Shown: positions 28,695 to 37,316, numbered from the stretch's first letter. The stretch: DNA of 64,000 nucleotides from a virus (IMGVR_UViG_3300028833_000158:1274-65273), one strand, 5' to 3'. Notes: generated by a model from the sequence alone, not told the origin. Made by a program: numbers and translations.

Positions 28695-29101
28695 TACTGT
28701 CCTATTCTAAACTCATAACCCTTCCTACCTTCCAAGAACGTTATAGATATTTGAAACAATCGGGAACCGTTGCTGAGGAAACTTTCGGCGGACACCGATA
28801 TTTGAATCAAGCATATTACCGCTCTCCTGAATGGAAACAAGTACGTAACCGCGTTATCATCCGCGATAAAGGATGTGATTTAGGTATGGAAGGGTTTGAG
28901 ATAAATGACCGGATCTACATCCATCATATCAACCCCATCACTGAGGAAGATATTTTGGATCGTAGTCCGGCATTGTTTGACATGGACAACCTGATCTGTG
29001 TAAGCTTCAACACTCATCAGGCTATACATTACGGCGATGAAAGCATGCTACCGATTAATTATTTCGCAGAACGCCAGCCCGGCGATACAAAATTATGGTA
29101 A
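28691..29101 (+). CDS. HNH endonuclease (packaging-associated)
   Basis: RNRVIIRD.GCDLG, IHHINPI, NLIC.S..TH.AIH; directly upstream of terminase. Confidence 0.85.
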   Translation: MILSYSKLITLPTFQERYRYLKQSGTVAEETFGGHRYLNQAYYRSPEWKQVRNRVIIRDKGCDLGMEGFEINDRIYIHHINPITEEDILDRSPALFDMDNLICVSFNTHQAIHYGDESMLPINYFAERQPGDTKLW

Positions 29102-29122
29102 TAGGATACTAGAGGTAAAAAT

Positions 29123-30853
29123 ATGTTATCAAATACTGCAACACCGTATTATTACGGATTATTCCGGGATGCAGTATTAAGAGGAGAAATACCTGTAAAC
29201 AGGGAAATCTCTTTGGAAATGAACCGTATAGATAATCTCATACGCAACCCGGATTATTATTACGACGATAGAGCAGTTGAAGGATGGATTGCCTTTTGCG
29301 AAAACGAATTGACACTAACTGATGGATCAGATATGCATATGCTTGACTCATTTAAATTATGGGGCGAGCAAGTATTCGGATGGTGGGAATTCATAGAAAA
29401 GTCAACATATGATCCAGAAATTGGACGATATGTTTCAAGACTAGCGAAGAAACGTCTTATAAATAAACAGTATCTCATAGTTGGTCGAGGTGCTGCTAAG
29501 TCATTATACGACACTTCGATTCATGGATATTTTTTAAATGTTGACACTACAGCGACTCATCAGATAACAACAGCACCTACTCTTCAGTTGGCTGATGAGG
29601 TATTAAGTCCATTAAGAACTGCTATTACAAGAGCTAAAGGACCATTATTTGCTTTCTTAACGGAAGGATCTTTACAGAATACAACCGGTAGTAGAGCAAA
29701 TAGACAAAAATTAGCAGCAACAAAGAAAGGAATAGAGAATTTCCTTACTGGTTCATTGCTCGAAGTTAGACCTATGTCTATAGACAAACTTCAGTCAATG
29801 AGATGTAAGATTGCTACTATTGATGAGTGGCTATCTTCTGATGTAAGGGAAGATGTTATGTCAGCTCTTGAGCAGACTTGTTCGAAGGTTGACGATTGGC
29901 TAATAATTTCAACATCATCTGAAGGTACTGTTCGTAATGGTCCTGGAGATGACATAAAGATTGAGTTAAGTAAAATATTAAGAGGAGAATACAACAATCC
30001 TCACGTAAGTATATTCTGGTATAAGCTTGATGATTTAGAAGAAGTTGGAATGCCTGAAATGTGGCTCAAAGCAAATCCTAATTTAGGAAAGACTGTAAGC
30101 TATGACACATATCAGACTGAAGTAGAAAGAGCTGAAAACGTTCCAAGTACAAGGAATGATATTTTAGCAAAGAGATTTGGAATACCTATGGAAGGATTCA
30201 CATACTTCTTCACGTATGATGAGACGGAGCCTCAACGACTTTACAATCTTAAAGGTATGGCTTGTTCTATGGGCGCAGACTTATCACAGGGAGACGACTT
30301 CTGTTCATTTAGTTTCTTGTTCCCGCTTCCCGGAGGAGCATTTGGAATAAAGACCAGGAATTATATTTCAAGTAGAACATTAGATAAGTTACCTCAAGCC
30401 ATGAGAAACAAGTATGAAGAGTTTATAGCAGAAGGTTCATTAATTGTTCTAGATGGCGTTATACTGGATTTAATGGTCGTTTATGACGAGCTTGATGACT
30501 TTATAACTAAGATGGAATATGATATAAGATGCTTTGGATATGATCCATATAATGCTAAAGAATTTGTTGAGAGATGGGCTTCCGAGAATGGTCCATTCGG
30601 AATTGAAAAAGTTATACAGGGAAGTAGAACTGAATCAGTTCCTCTTGGAGAAATTAAGAAATTGGCAGAAGATCGTTTATGGATATTTAATGAGGGAATA
30701 ATGCAATTTGCAATGGGTAACTGTATAGTTATGGAAGACACAAATGGTAACAGAAAACTCCTTAAGAAACGCTATGAGGCAAAGATTGACCCTGTAGCAA
30801 GTTCTATGGACGCTTTCATTGCTTACAAGAACAATCAAGATGCATTCGAATAA
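29123..30853 (+). CDS. terL: Terminase large subunit
   Basis: Walker A (GRGAAKS), Walker B (ATIDEW), nuclease motifs GADLSQGDDF and KIDPVA..MDA. Confidence 0.95.
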   Translation: MLSNTATPYYYGLFRDAVLRGEIPVNREISLEMNRIDNLIRNPDYYYDDRAVEGWIAFCENELTLTDGSDMHMLDSFKLWGEQVFGWWEFIEKSTYDPEIGRYVSRLAKKRLINKQYLIVGRGAAKSLYDTSIHGYFLNVDTTATHQITTAPTLQLADEVLSPLRTAITRAKGPLFAFLTEGSLQNTTGSRANRQKLAATKKGIENFLTGSLLEVRPMSIDKLQSMRCKIATIDEWLSSDVREDVMSALEQTCSKVDDWLIISTSSEGTVRNGPGDDIKIELSKILRGEYNNPHVSIFWYKLDDLEEVGMPEMWLKANPNLGKTVSYDTYQTEVERAENVPSTRNDILAKRFGIPMEGFTYFFTYDETEPQRLYNLKGMACSMGADLSQGDDFCSFSFLFPLPGGAFGIKTRNYISSRTLDKLPQAMRNKYEEFIAEGSLIVLDGVILDLMVVYDELDDFITKMEYDIRCFGYDPYNAKEFVERWASENGPFGIEKVIQGSRTESVPLGEIKKLAEDRLWIFNEGIMQFAMGNCIVMEDTNGNRKLLKKRYEAKIDPVASSMDAFIAYKNNQDAFE

Positions 30854-30867
30854 GGAGGAATCCTCAA

Positions 30868-31206
30868 ATGGATAAGTGGGATTTGTTTATGACCGTTGTC
30901 ATTACATTAATCGGTAGTGGTGGTTTTTGGTCAGTCCTACAGATATTTATTAATAACCGAATTGAAAGAAAGTCTGATACTACTAAAATGATACTTGGGT
31001 TGGGCCATGATCGAATAATGCAGTTATGTCAGATTTATATTTCAAGAGGTTGGATCACAATGGGCGAATATGAAGATTTGATGAAGTACCTATATAAGCC
31101 ATATATTAAACTTGGCGGTAATGGATCTGCTGAGAAGATGATGGCAGAAATAGACAAATTACCCGTTCGCCCTGATAAGATGAAAGGAGATAATAATAAT
31201 GAGTAA
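30868..31206 (+). CDS. Membrane-anchored lysis-region protein
   Basis: N-terminal TM helix; LGHDRI..LC..YI.RG.IT..EYEDL..YLY.PY..LGGNG. Confidence 0.7.
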   Translation: MDKWDLFMTVVITLIGSGGFWSVLQIFINNRIERKSDTTKMILGLGHDRIMQLCQIYISRGWITMGEYEDLMKYLYKPYIKLGGNGSAEKMMAEIDKLPVRPDKMKGDNNNE

Positions 31207-31420
31207 TAAGTGGTATGACAGACTTAAATGGGTTGCAATTCTTGGACTTCCTGGACTTGCTAGTGCAATAAGAATTATATTTGCACTTTGGGGCCTTCCC
31301 TATACTGATGCTATAGCTGGAACCATCGACGCAATAGCTTTTATGCTTGGCACTTGGCTCGGAATATCTCACATCCAGTATAAGAAGAAAGAGGAGGTAA
31401 AACCTAATGACAGCGAATGA
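31199..31420 (+). CDS. Holin (Dp-1 type)
   Basis: MSNK.YD.LKW.A...LP..A; two TM helices; basic C-terminus. Confidence 0.8.
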   Translation: MSNKWYDRLKWVAILGLPGLASAIRIIFALWGLPYTDAIAGTIDAIAFMLGTWLGISHIQYKKKEEVKPNDSE

Positions 31421-32033
31421 TATTTGCGAAAAAGCAAAGAACCTGGCATCAATGAAAACTCTTTATGTAAAAGGATGCCCTTGCAAAAAACTTAATCGGT
31501 CAAATAAACTCAGGTACGCTAACAGCAATACATTCAATAGCAAGCATGCTAAATTTATATTTGCAGCGGATGAAGATACTATGGGAATTGATGAAATACA
31601 GATGTTTAATTTCCTGTTCCCGAGCAATCGTTTTACCAATCTCGGTGAGATTATGGATCGTTGCCATGATATTTCTAAGGATTTCGATAGTATCATTCCT
31701 GGTGAAGTAGTATTCTTTAGTGATCGAGCAGGTATTTACATTGGAAACGGTGACATAGTTACTTGCTTTGATAGTGGTATTAGTATAACAAAAGCTGTTG
31801 GTGTATCTCATGGTAAGATGATGTTTGTTGACTATGTAGACAATGAACTTGTTGATATTGTCGAAAAAGCAACAGAGATGGAAAAAGCTGTTAATTCCAT
31901 AGTGGAGGAGATCAACAATGAAGAAACCAATGTGGAAGTACGTGATGGCGGAACTGGGAGCGGGGATAGAGTGCACGAGTTGTCATCACAAGCTAAAAGC
32001 TATGACCGTGGTAATGGGAGACGTCGCTCTTGA
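31407..32033 (+). CDS. Degenerate NlpC/P60-like endolysin homologue
   Basis: MT..D...KAK..A..KTLYV.GC N-terminus and PGE.VF....AGIYIGNG; expected catalytic C and H are replaced (GIDEI, DRAG). Confidence 0.5.
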   Translation: MTANDICEKAKNLASMKTLYVKGCPCKKLNRSNKLRYANSNTFNSKHAKFIFAADEDTMGIDEIQMFNFLFPSNRFTNLGEIMDRCHDISKDFDSIIPGEVVFFSDRAGIYIGNGDIVTCFDSGISITKAVGVSHGKMMFVDYVDNELVDIVEKATEMEKAVNSIVEEINNEETNVEVRDGGTGSGDRVHELSSQAKSYDRGNGRRRS

Positions 32034-32112
32034 TACTTGTCCATTTTGTCAGAAAGAGATGGAACCAATAGAGCAGGAGCTCCTTGATCGTATGAAGGAG
32101 GAAGTAAGATGA
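31918..32112 (+). CDS. Zinc-ribbon protein
   Basis: CTSC...CPFC; RBS GGAGGAG; overlaps the 3' end of 31407..32033. Confidence 0.55.
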   Translation: MKKPMWKYVMAELGAGIECTSCHHKLKAMTVVMGDVALDTCPFCQKEMEPIEQELLDRMKEEVR

Positions 32113-33002
32113 GTTATAAGGTTGATCCGAATAGAAAGCCGGATAGCCCTCTTGCAAAGTGTGCTATTTGGACTTCTAACTGCACTTTCCCTAGAAATAC
32201 AAAAAAGAAACCGTCTGAATGGACTATTATACCTCATGTAATTGATGGTAATCCTCCAGCGGAAGGCCAGGCTAGAGCTTTCCAAAATCCAAACAGAGGT
32301 GCCTCTGCTCACTACATAATAGATTCTATAGGAACTATTGTGCAGAATGTGCCAGAGTGCTGCAGGGCTTGGACTACGGGAGGCGATCTGAATGTTAATG
32401 GACTTACCGGATCAGAAATAGATCATGAAGCTATAACTATGGAGATTGCCAATGTCACACCTAGACCTTACTGTGGCATGACACCTGAAGCTGTCAACAG
32501 TCTTGTTATGCTTATGGTTGATATTTGCCAGAGAAATGGAATACCGGCTGTAAAATGGTCTGGTAACAAGTTTCTTGCAGGTACGCCTGAGCAGAATGTA
32601 GCAGCTCATAGATGGTTTGCTAAAAAATCATGTCCTGGAGATTTCCTGTATAATAATATGGGTGCCGTATGTGATACAGTTAACATGTATCTTACAAAGG
32701 GTCTTCCTACAAATGGATATTTCATTAACGGACTTGACTATAGCGTAGTATTTGACCCTGTTTACTATGCTAACAAGTATGCAGACCTTGAAGATGCTTT
32801 TGGCTTTGATGAGTTCATGCTTTGGAAGCATTTCTGTGACTTTGGTATGAATGAATTCAGACAGGGATCAGATAACTTTAATCCCCAGGTATACAAAGAC
32901 AATAATCCTGATATTTCAAACTCTCCTTATGGTGAGGATGAAAAAGGATACTATGATCACTTCGTACAGTTTGGACAGTACGAAAATAGAATACACAATT
33001 AA
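32109..33002 (+). CDS. Endolysin: N-acetylmuramoyl-L-alanine amidase with C-terminal repeats
   Basis: IIPH, ASAHY.I, ITMEIAN, AHRWFAKKSCPG (Amidase_2 Zn ligands); two F.P.YY...Y.D...HF..FG..E.R repeats. Confidence 0.9.
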   Translation: MSYKVDPNRKPDSPLAKCAIWTSNCTFPRNTKKKPSEWTIIPHVIDGNPPAEGQARAFQNPNRGASAHYIIDSIGTIVQNVPECCRAWTTGGDLNVNGLTGSEIDHEAITMEIANVTPRPYCGMTPEAVNSLVMLMVDICQRNGIPAVKWSGNKFLAGTPEQNVAAHRWFAKKSCPGDFLYNNMGAVCDTVNMYLTKGLPTNGYFINGLDYSVVFDPVYYANKYADLEDAFGFDEFMLWKHFCDFGMNEFRQGSDNFNPQVYKDNNPDISNSPYGEDEKGYYDHFVQFGQYENRIHN

Positions 33003-33017
33003 AAGGAGAAAACAATT

Positions 33018-33215
33018 ATGTCAGCAAGATTTGAAACAAGAACAAATGCAGAAACTGGTAAGGTTGAGTATCTTGAAAGGGGTGTCAATCTTTCAGTTGG
33101 CGAGCCTTCAGAACTCTTCAACGACGATCCCATGATCAAGGTATCTGATCTTAAGGCTCTTGTAGCAGAAGCATCGTCTTTTGAAGACTTTGTAGCAGCT
33201 ATAGAGGCTCTTTGA
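33018..33215 (+). CDS. Hypothetical protein
   Basis: AAAAGGAG RBS; codon style like the late genes. Confidence 0.65.
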   Translation: MSARFETRTNAETGKVEYLERGVNLSVGEPSELFNDDPMIKVSDLKALVAEASSFEDFVAAIEAL

Positions 33216-33264
33216 TATTTGCTTAAATCCCTTAATTGGGAAGACTTTTACCTCCTATCCTATA

Positions 33265-33330
33265 TGGCTAAAGGGCGGTGGGAATTTCCTGCCGCTCCGA
33301 TGCCAAGGATATTTTACCCTTTTCTTTTTC
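33265..33330 (+). terminator. Terminator at the end of the late/lysis block
   Basis: GGGCGGTGGG/CCTGCCGCTC stem followed by T-rich tract. Confidence 0.6.
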
Positions 33331-33390
33331 GCAAATTTTTGTTATCCTATTATGAAGGGTAATAGTGCCCTGACAAGAAAGGAGAGAATT

Positions 33391-33618
33391 ATGTATACAG
33401 CTATATTATATGTTATAATGATGCTCGCATTAAATATCTACGTGGCAGCACTTGTCGTAATGGATATTATTGAATCCAAAAAGAAGAAGAAATTCACTTG
33501 GTTTGACTACGAGTGGACTTTATCAAAAGATGGAGAAATAATAGTACACTGGGACAAATTGAGACACAGTATAGAATGGTACGAGAGAAATAACTATGAT
33601 ATGGAGAGCCTGATTTAA
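33391..33618 (+). CDS. Small membrane protein
   Basis: AAAGGAG RBS; N-terminal hydrophobic helix followed by KKKKK. Confidence 0.65.
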   Translation: MYTAILYVIMMLALNIYVAALVVMDIIESKKKKKFTWFDYEWTLSKDGEIIVHWDKLRHSIEWYERNNYDMESLI

Positions 33619-33686
33619 GGCTCTTCTTTTTTTTCTTTTTGCAAATTTTTGTTATCCTATTATGAGGAGACAGAAAGGAGAATTAT

Positions 33687-33821
33687 ATGAAATCTATATT
33701 TATAGCAGACGTAAAGAATTGTCCGACATACTTAGTAATTCACACAATAGAAAGTATTGAAGAACTTGGGTGCACTTGGACATGGACTAAAGACGGCAAT
33801 ATTAAGTATTGGTTTAAGTAA
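33687..33821 (+). CDS. 44-aa hypothetical protein (below ORF-track cutoff)
   Basis: MKSIFIADVKNCPTYLVIHTIESIEELGCTWTWTKDGNIKYWFK; motif plus AAAGGAG RBS. Confidence 0.6.
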   Translation: MKSIFIADVKNCPTYLVIHTIESIEELGCTWTWTKDGNIKYWFK

Positions 33822-33893
33822 AACTAATTTTATTGTCTCCTCTTTTCTTTTTGCAAATTTTTGTTGTCCTATTATGGAAAGGAGGTAAATTAT

Positions 33894-34013
33894 ATGAGAC
33901 CAGACGATATTATGTGTATTAGTCTCGTTATAGGATTTATCCTCGGATGGTTTGTAAAGAAACTTGACGTGGATTTATTCCATAACAAGACTGATAACAA
34001 CAACGAGGACTGA
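33894..34013 (+). CDS. 39-aa membrane peptide
   Basis: MRPDDIMCISLVIGFILGWFVKKLDVDLFHNKTDNNNED; AAAGGAGG RBS. Confidence 0.6.
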   Translation: MRPDDIMCISLVIGFILGWFVKKLDVDLFHNKTDNNNED

Positions 34014-34082
34014 TATTTAGTCCTCTTTTCTTTTTCGCAAAATTTTGTTATCCTATTATGAGGAGACAGAAAGGAGAAAATT

Positions 34083-34274
34083 ATGACAGAAAGAAAAGCA
34101 ACTATATCAGTTAACAATATTGATGAGGTTAAAAGAATTGAAAACATTCTTCACAGAACTTTCAGCGAAGGCAACGATTTATATAAAATCGGAGTAGCTG
34201 GAGTATGGAGTAAGTATCAATTATTTATGCAGCAGTATGAACTTAATATGATTATAGAAGAGTTGATGAAATGA
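34083..34274 (+). CDS. Hypothetical protein
   Basis: Motif plus AAAGGAG RBS. Confidence 0.65.
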   Translation: MTERKATISVNNIDEVKRIENILHRTFSEGNDLYKIGVAGVWSKYQLFMQQYELNMIIEELMK

Positions 34275-34380
34275 TTATTAAATTTTATCGTCTCCTCTTT
34301 TCTTTTTTCGCAAAATTTTGTTATCCTATTATGAGAAGTAAAACTTGTAAACTTTTTGATAATGAAAGGAGATAAAAAAC

Positions 34381-34602
34381 ATGAAGAGATTTTTAACGAT
34401 AGTTTTAACGGCAATTGTAACAGCGATAGTTTTAACAGTTGTGGCAATCTTTAAGTTTGGTTCTGTAAATGTACAGAACCATACCGATAGGTATGTAACA
34501 ACATGTAACGATGTAATCGTTGATATGCACGATGAAACCGTCACAGACAGAATTGATTTCAACATAGATGTAAAGCAGGGATTTAACCTGTTTACAAGAT
34601 AA
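34381..34602 (+). CDS. Small protein with N-terminal TM/signal segment
   Basis: MKRFLTIVLTAIVTAIVLTVVAIF; AAAGGAG RBS. Confidence 0.7.
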   Translation: MKRFLTIVLTAIVTAIVLTVVAIFKFGSVNVQNHTDRYVTTCNDVIVDMHDETVTDRIDFNIDVKQGFNLFTR

Positions 34603-34679
34603 ACTACTTCTCAAAGGTAAAGGAAGCTGAATAAGCTTCTTTTCCTTTTATTTTTCGCAATTATATTTTGCCCCTTTAT

Positions 34680-34823
34680 GAAGAAAAGGGCAGTATAAAA
34701 GTACGGCGCAGAGCTTGAAAGGAGGGGAGCTCTTAATGAAAGATGGAAGCTTGTGAAGTGGTTTCCACGGATCAAGAAAAACGTCCAACTCCCTCTCGGT
34801 ATTAAGATTCCGAGCCTTTTCTT
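34680..34823 (+). ncRNA. Candidate structured ncRNA A
   Basis: Follows the promoter motif; no ORF over 20 aa; 5' AAGAAAAGG pairs with 3' CCTTTTCTT; internal GAGC/GCTC and CTCGG/CCGAG hairpins. Confidence 0.4.
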
Positions 34824-34850
34824 TTTTGCAATTTTTTCATATCCCATTAT

Positions 34851-34984
34851 GAGAAAAGGAACTTGGCACCCATAAGATGCCACACGGAGTGGACACGAGA
34901 AACTCTAGGCAGTGCCGCTAGACGGGTAAGGTGAAAATCCCACTACCAAGTATAAGTTGATTCGAAATCAGCCTTTTCTTTTTT
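34851..34984 (+). ncRNA. Candidate structured ncRNA B
   Basis: Follows the promoter motif; no RBS-ORF; nested stems AGAAAAGG/CCTTTTCT, ACTTGG/CCAAGT, GAGT/ACTC; T-loop-like GGTGAAAATCC. Confidence 0.55.
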
Positions 34985-35035
34985 GCAAAATTTTCATCTA
35001 CTTTTATGACGGATATCGTCAGAAAGGAGATAATT

Positions 35036-35323
35036 ATGAATTTTGCAGAAAATTGTATTGAATGCATTAAAGAAGAAGTGAAAGAGGCAGCAAAAGCTAA
35101 AAAAGCTGAGGATAGGCTTGACAGTGTACATGTTATACTGGATTATCGTCACGAAGGATTTATATTCTTCGAGGTAGATAATGGTATGCAGGTAGACTAT
35201 GATAAGCAGGTATTTTTCAGTGAAAAGGAAGCTAGAAAGCTGTTTATGAGATGCTTCTATAGCAATAAAAGATTTGTTGATGCATGCAGATTCATAGCAA
35301 AACACAAAGGACGGATATTTTGA
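35036..35323 (+). CDS. Hypothetical protein
   Basis: Motif, 5' hairpin GACGGATATCGTC, AAAGGAG RBS. Confidence 0.7.
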   Translation: MNFAENCIECIKEEVKEAAKAKKAEDRLDSVHVILDYRHEGFIFFEVDNGMQVDYDKQVFFSEKEARKLFMRCFYSNKRFVDACRFIAKHKGRIF

Positions 35324-35390
35324 TTATATAGAACGGGGCAGAAATGTCCTGTTCTATTTTCTTTTTCGAAATTAATTCATATCTTATTAT

Positions 35391-35520
35391 GAACGCGGCA
35401 GAAGTGAGTCGAGGGTGAGAGTCCCTCTAGCTGAGATGCTATCACATAGGAAATAAGATTGGGCGACTCCCAACTAGGAAATGAACTAGACAAGACCACG
35501 TACTTTTCTTTTTATATTTT
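35391..35520 (+). ncRNA. Candidate structured ncRNA C
   Basis: Follows the promoter motif; GAGGGTGAGAGTCCCTC T-loop-like hairpin and TTGGG/CCCAA hairpin; no RBS-ORF. Confidence 0.45.
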
Positions 35521-35575
35521 GCAAATTATTCATATACTATTACGAGACGGTAACGTCATTCGAAAGGGGATAAAA

Positions 35576-35797
35576 ATGGTAATGAACATGGCAGTAACTA
35601 TCATAGCAATTATGTCACTTGTGGCGACTATATCATTAGTCATCATGGCAGCAGCTTGCTACCGATTAGTATTCGGTTACAAGAAGCTTATGGATGAAAT
35701 GATTGATGTCATAACTGAACAATTGGATGGTAAGATTTCTGACATCATCGACGAAACGATCGAAGACGAACTAGAGAACGAGGATGGAGCCCAGTAA
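35576..35797 (+). CDS. Small membrane protein with acidic tail
   Basis: AAAGGGG RBS; TM helix; stop inside the CAGTAATG hairpin loop. Confidence 0.65.
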   Translation: MVMNMAVTIIAIMSLVATISLVIMAAACYRLVFGYKKLMDEMIDVITEQLDGKISDIIDETIEDELENEDGAQ

Positions 35798-35861
35798 TGG
35801 GCTCTTCCTTTTATATTTTTGAATTTTTTTCACCTTCTATTATAGAAAGGAGGAAACAATT

Positions 35862-36011
35862 ATGAAGAAATTTTTAACGGTATTAGGTTTAATCTTAAAG
35901 CTGCTCGGAAAGATATTCATGACAGGTATGTTTACCTGGTGTGCAATAGAAGAAGTACGAGAGCTTACAGATTGGCTAACAACAGAAGACTTTAATTTAT
36001 CCGACGATTGA
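35862..36011 (+). CDS. 49-aa amphipathic peptide
   Basis: MKKFLTVLGLILKLLGKIFMTGMFTWCAIEEVRELTDWLTTEDFNLSDD; AAAGGAGG RBS. Confidence 0.6.
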   Translation: MKKFLTVLGLILKLLGKIFMTGMFTWCAIEEVRELTDWLTTEDFNLSDD

Positions 36012-36087
36012 GAAATTTTGAGAGGCTTGATATTTAAGCCTCTTGAAATTTTTTCACTTCCTTTAATGGAGGCGGAAAGGAAAATAA

Positions 36088-36207
36088 ATGATCACAGCTA
36101 TTTGTGAAATGGCTTTCGTAGTATTATTGTTTATTGGATTATACACAATACCAATTATACCAATAATATTAGGAGCCGGGTTTCTAATATGGCTAATCAA
36201 ACATTAA
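36088..36207 (+). CDS. 39-aa hydrophobic peptide
   Basis: MITAICEMAFVVLLFIGLYTIPIIPIILGAGFLIWLIKH; GGAAAGG RBS. Confidence 0.55.
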   Translation: MITAICEMAFVVLLFIGLYTIPIIPIILGAGFLIWLIKH

Positions 36208-36311
36208 AAGAAACCGCCAGAAAGATTAGAGAGTTATATTTATAGCTCTCTAATTTTTTCATGTTCTATTATGGAGGCAATAGGGTCTCCATAATAGAAA
36301 GGAGAAATAAA

Positions 36312-36635
36312 ATGAAAGATTTTATTACTAAAGGAACTAATGTTTTTGGACGTACGATTAGTGTTGTACTAACCGCAGTGAACTTGATGTTAGCAATCGC
36401 GTTAAACATCTTATCTTGTAAGAAGCTTAAGAAAGGCTGGAAAATCGTAGGTGTAATAGCATCTAACGGTTTGGTCAGCGTTATCTCATGGCTTGAATCA
36501 AGATATGCAGTTAAGAAAGATTGCGAGAACGAAGGACTGCGTTTTAAACACTATACTTACGTCGACAGAATTAAATGGTTAATGGAAGGAGATGACTATT
36601 TAGAGAATTGTTATGAAGATCCCTATGAGGAGTAA
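36312..36635 (+). CDS. Two-TM membrane protein
   Basis: AAAGGAG RBS; two hydrophobic segments. Confidence 0.7.
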   Translation: MKDFITKGTNVFGRTISVVLTAVNLMLAIALNILSCKKLKKGWKIVGVIASNGLVSVISWLESRYAVKKDCENEGLRFKHYTYVDRIKWLMEGDDYLENCYEDPYEE

Positions 36636-36784
36636 ACTCTATGTAGAGGACTGGATATTTCTGGTCCTCTAAAGTTTTCGCAAATTTTTCATGTCCCTTA
36701 ATGGAAGAGCGGATAGATGCTCTTTTAGTTTTTTCAACTATTATATTTTTTTAAAGTCGGTAAAGAGCCGCGGAAAGGAAAGAA

Positions 36785-37309
36785 ATGACTAACAAGGAAA
36801 GACTGGTAGAAGTGTTTGGTGAAGAGAGCTATAACAATCTTGTAAAGGCAGCGAAGGAATCTAACGCTGTTGATATTTTTGTTTGGCTTCTTGATGAGTT
36901 TCAGGTAAAAACACAGTTGAGTGATGCAGAGATCGAGTATGTCAAGAACGACGAGAAAGTGGTGACTGATATTTTGGCAGAGGAAACCCCTGCAAAGAAG
37001 AGCCGTCGTGGTGGATCACGCAAAGGTAGAGGATATGATCTCAAGTGGTATGTTGATGCAGTGTCAGACTTTTATCTTGGAAAAGCTGCAAGCATTGAGT
37101 TTACTTTGAAAGACGACAGATCTTCCGGAAAGAAGACAAATACCATGGACGGCTTTAAGAGCAGATGGATTGTGGCCGTTAAAAGCCTTGGACTTGAAGA
37201 AGAGGTAATGATTCATAAGTATTATAAAGGAACTTGCAATGAGTGCATTTGTCTTGAGAAACCGAACTTTAAGAACTCAAAGGCAGCTGGCTTTCAGTAT
37301 ATGAGGTGA
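36785..37309 (+). CDS. Hypothetical protein with basic KKSRRGGSRKGRG linker
   Basis: ORF with GGAAAGG RBS. Confidence 0.75.
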   Translation: MTNKERLVEVFGEESYNNLVKAAKESNAVDIFVWLLDEFQVKTQLSDAEIEYVKNDEKVVTDILAEETPAKKSRRGGSRKGRGYDLKWYVDAVSDFYLGKAASIEFTLKDDRSSGKKTNTMDGFKSRWIVAVKSLGLEEEVMIHKYYKGTCNECICLEKPNFKNSKAAGFQYMR

Positions 37310-37316
37310 TGATATT

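Larger units (their letters stand above)
33329..36703 (+). promoter_or_regulatory. Cluster of 14 phage-specific promoter-like motifs
   Basis: Consensus about (C)G(C/T/A)AA-AT-rich-(CA/GT)Y...CY(A/T)TT-ATG; the G lies 21 nt before the ATG. G at 33331, 33641, 33853, 34037, 34310, 34657, 34828, 34985, 35368, 35521, 35821, 36045, 36250 (variant, C), 36680. Confidence 0.8.

Noticed and set aside
33329-33354. Host sigmaA promoters (TCGCAA as -35, TATTAT as -10)
   Set aside because: The gap between the hexamers is 13 nt in all copies versus the 16-18 nt required; an extended -10 contribution cannot be fully excluded.
33352-35006. Promoter-motif ATGs as start codons (33352, 35006 and others)
   Set aside because: Proper AAAGGAG RBSs lie 25-50 nt downstream, and two motif copies have ACG or ATA instead of ATG, so the triplet is part of the DNA motif.
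33329-36703. CRISPR-like repeat-spacer array
   Set aside because: Repeats are degenerate and non-palindromic, spacers are 130-430 nt and mostly coding, and no cas genes are present; promoter cassettes explain the pattern better.
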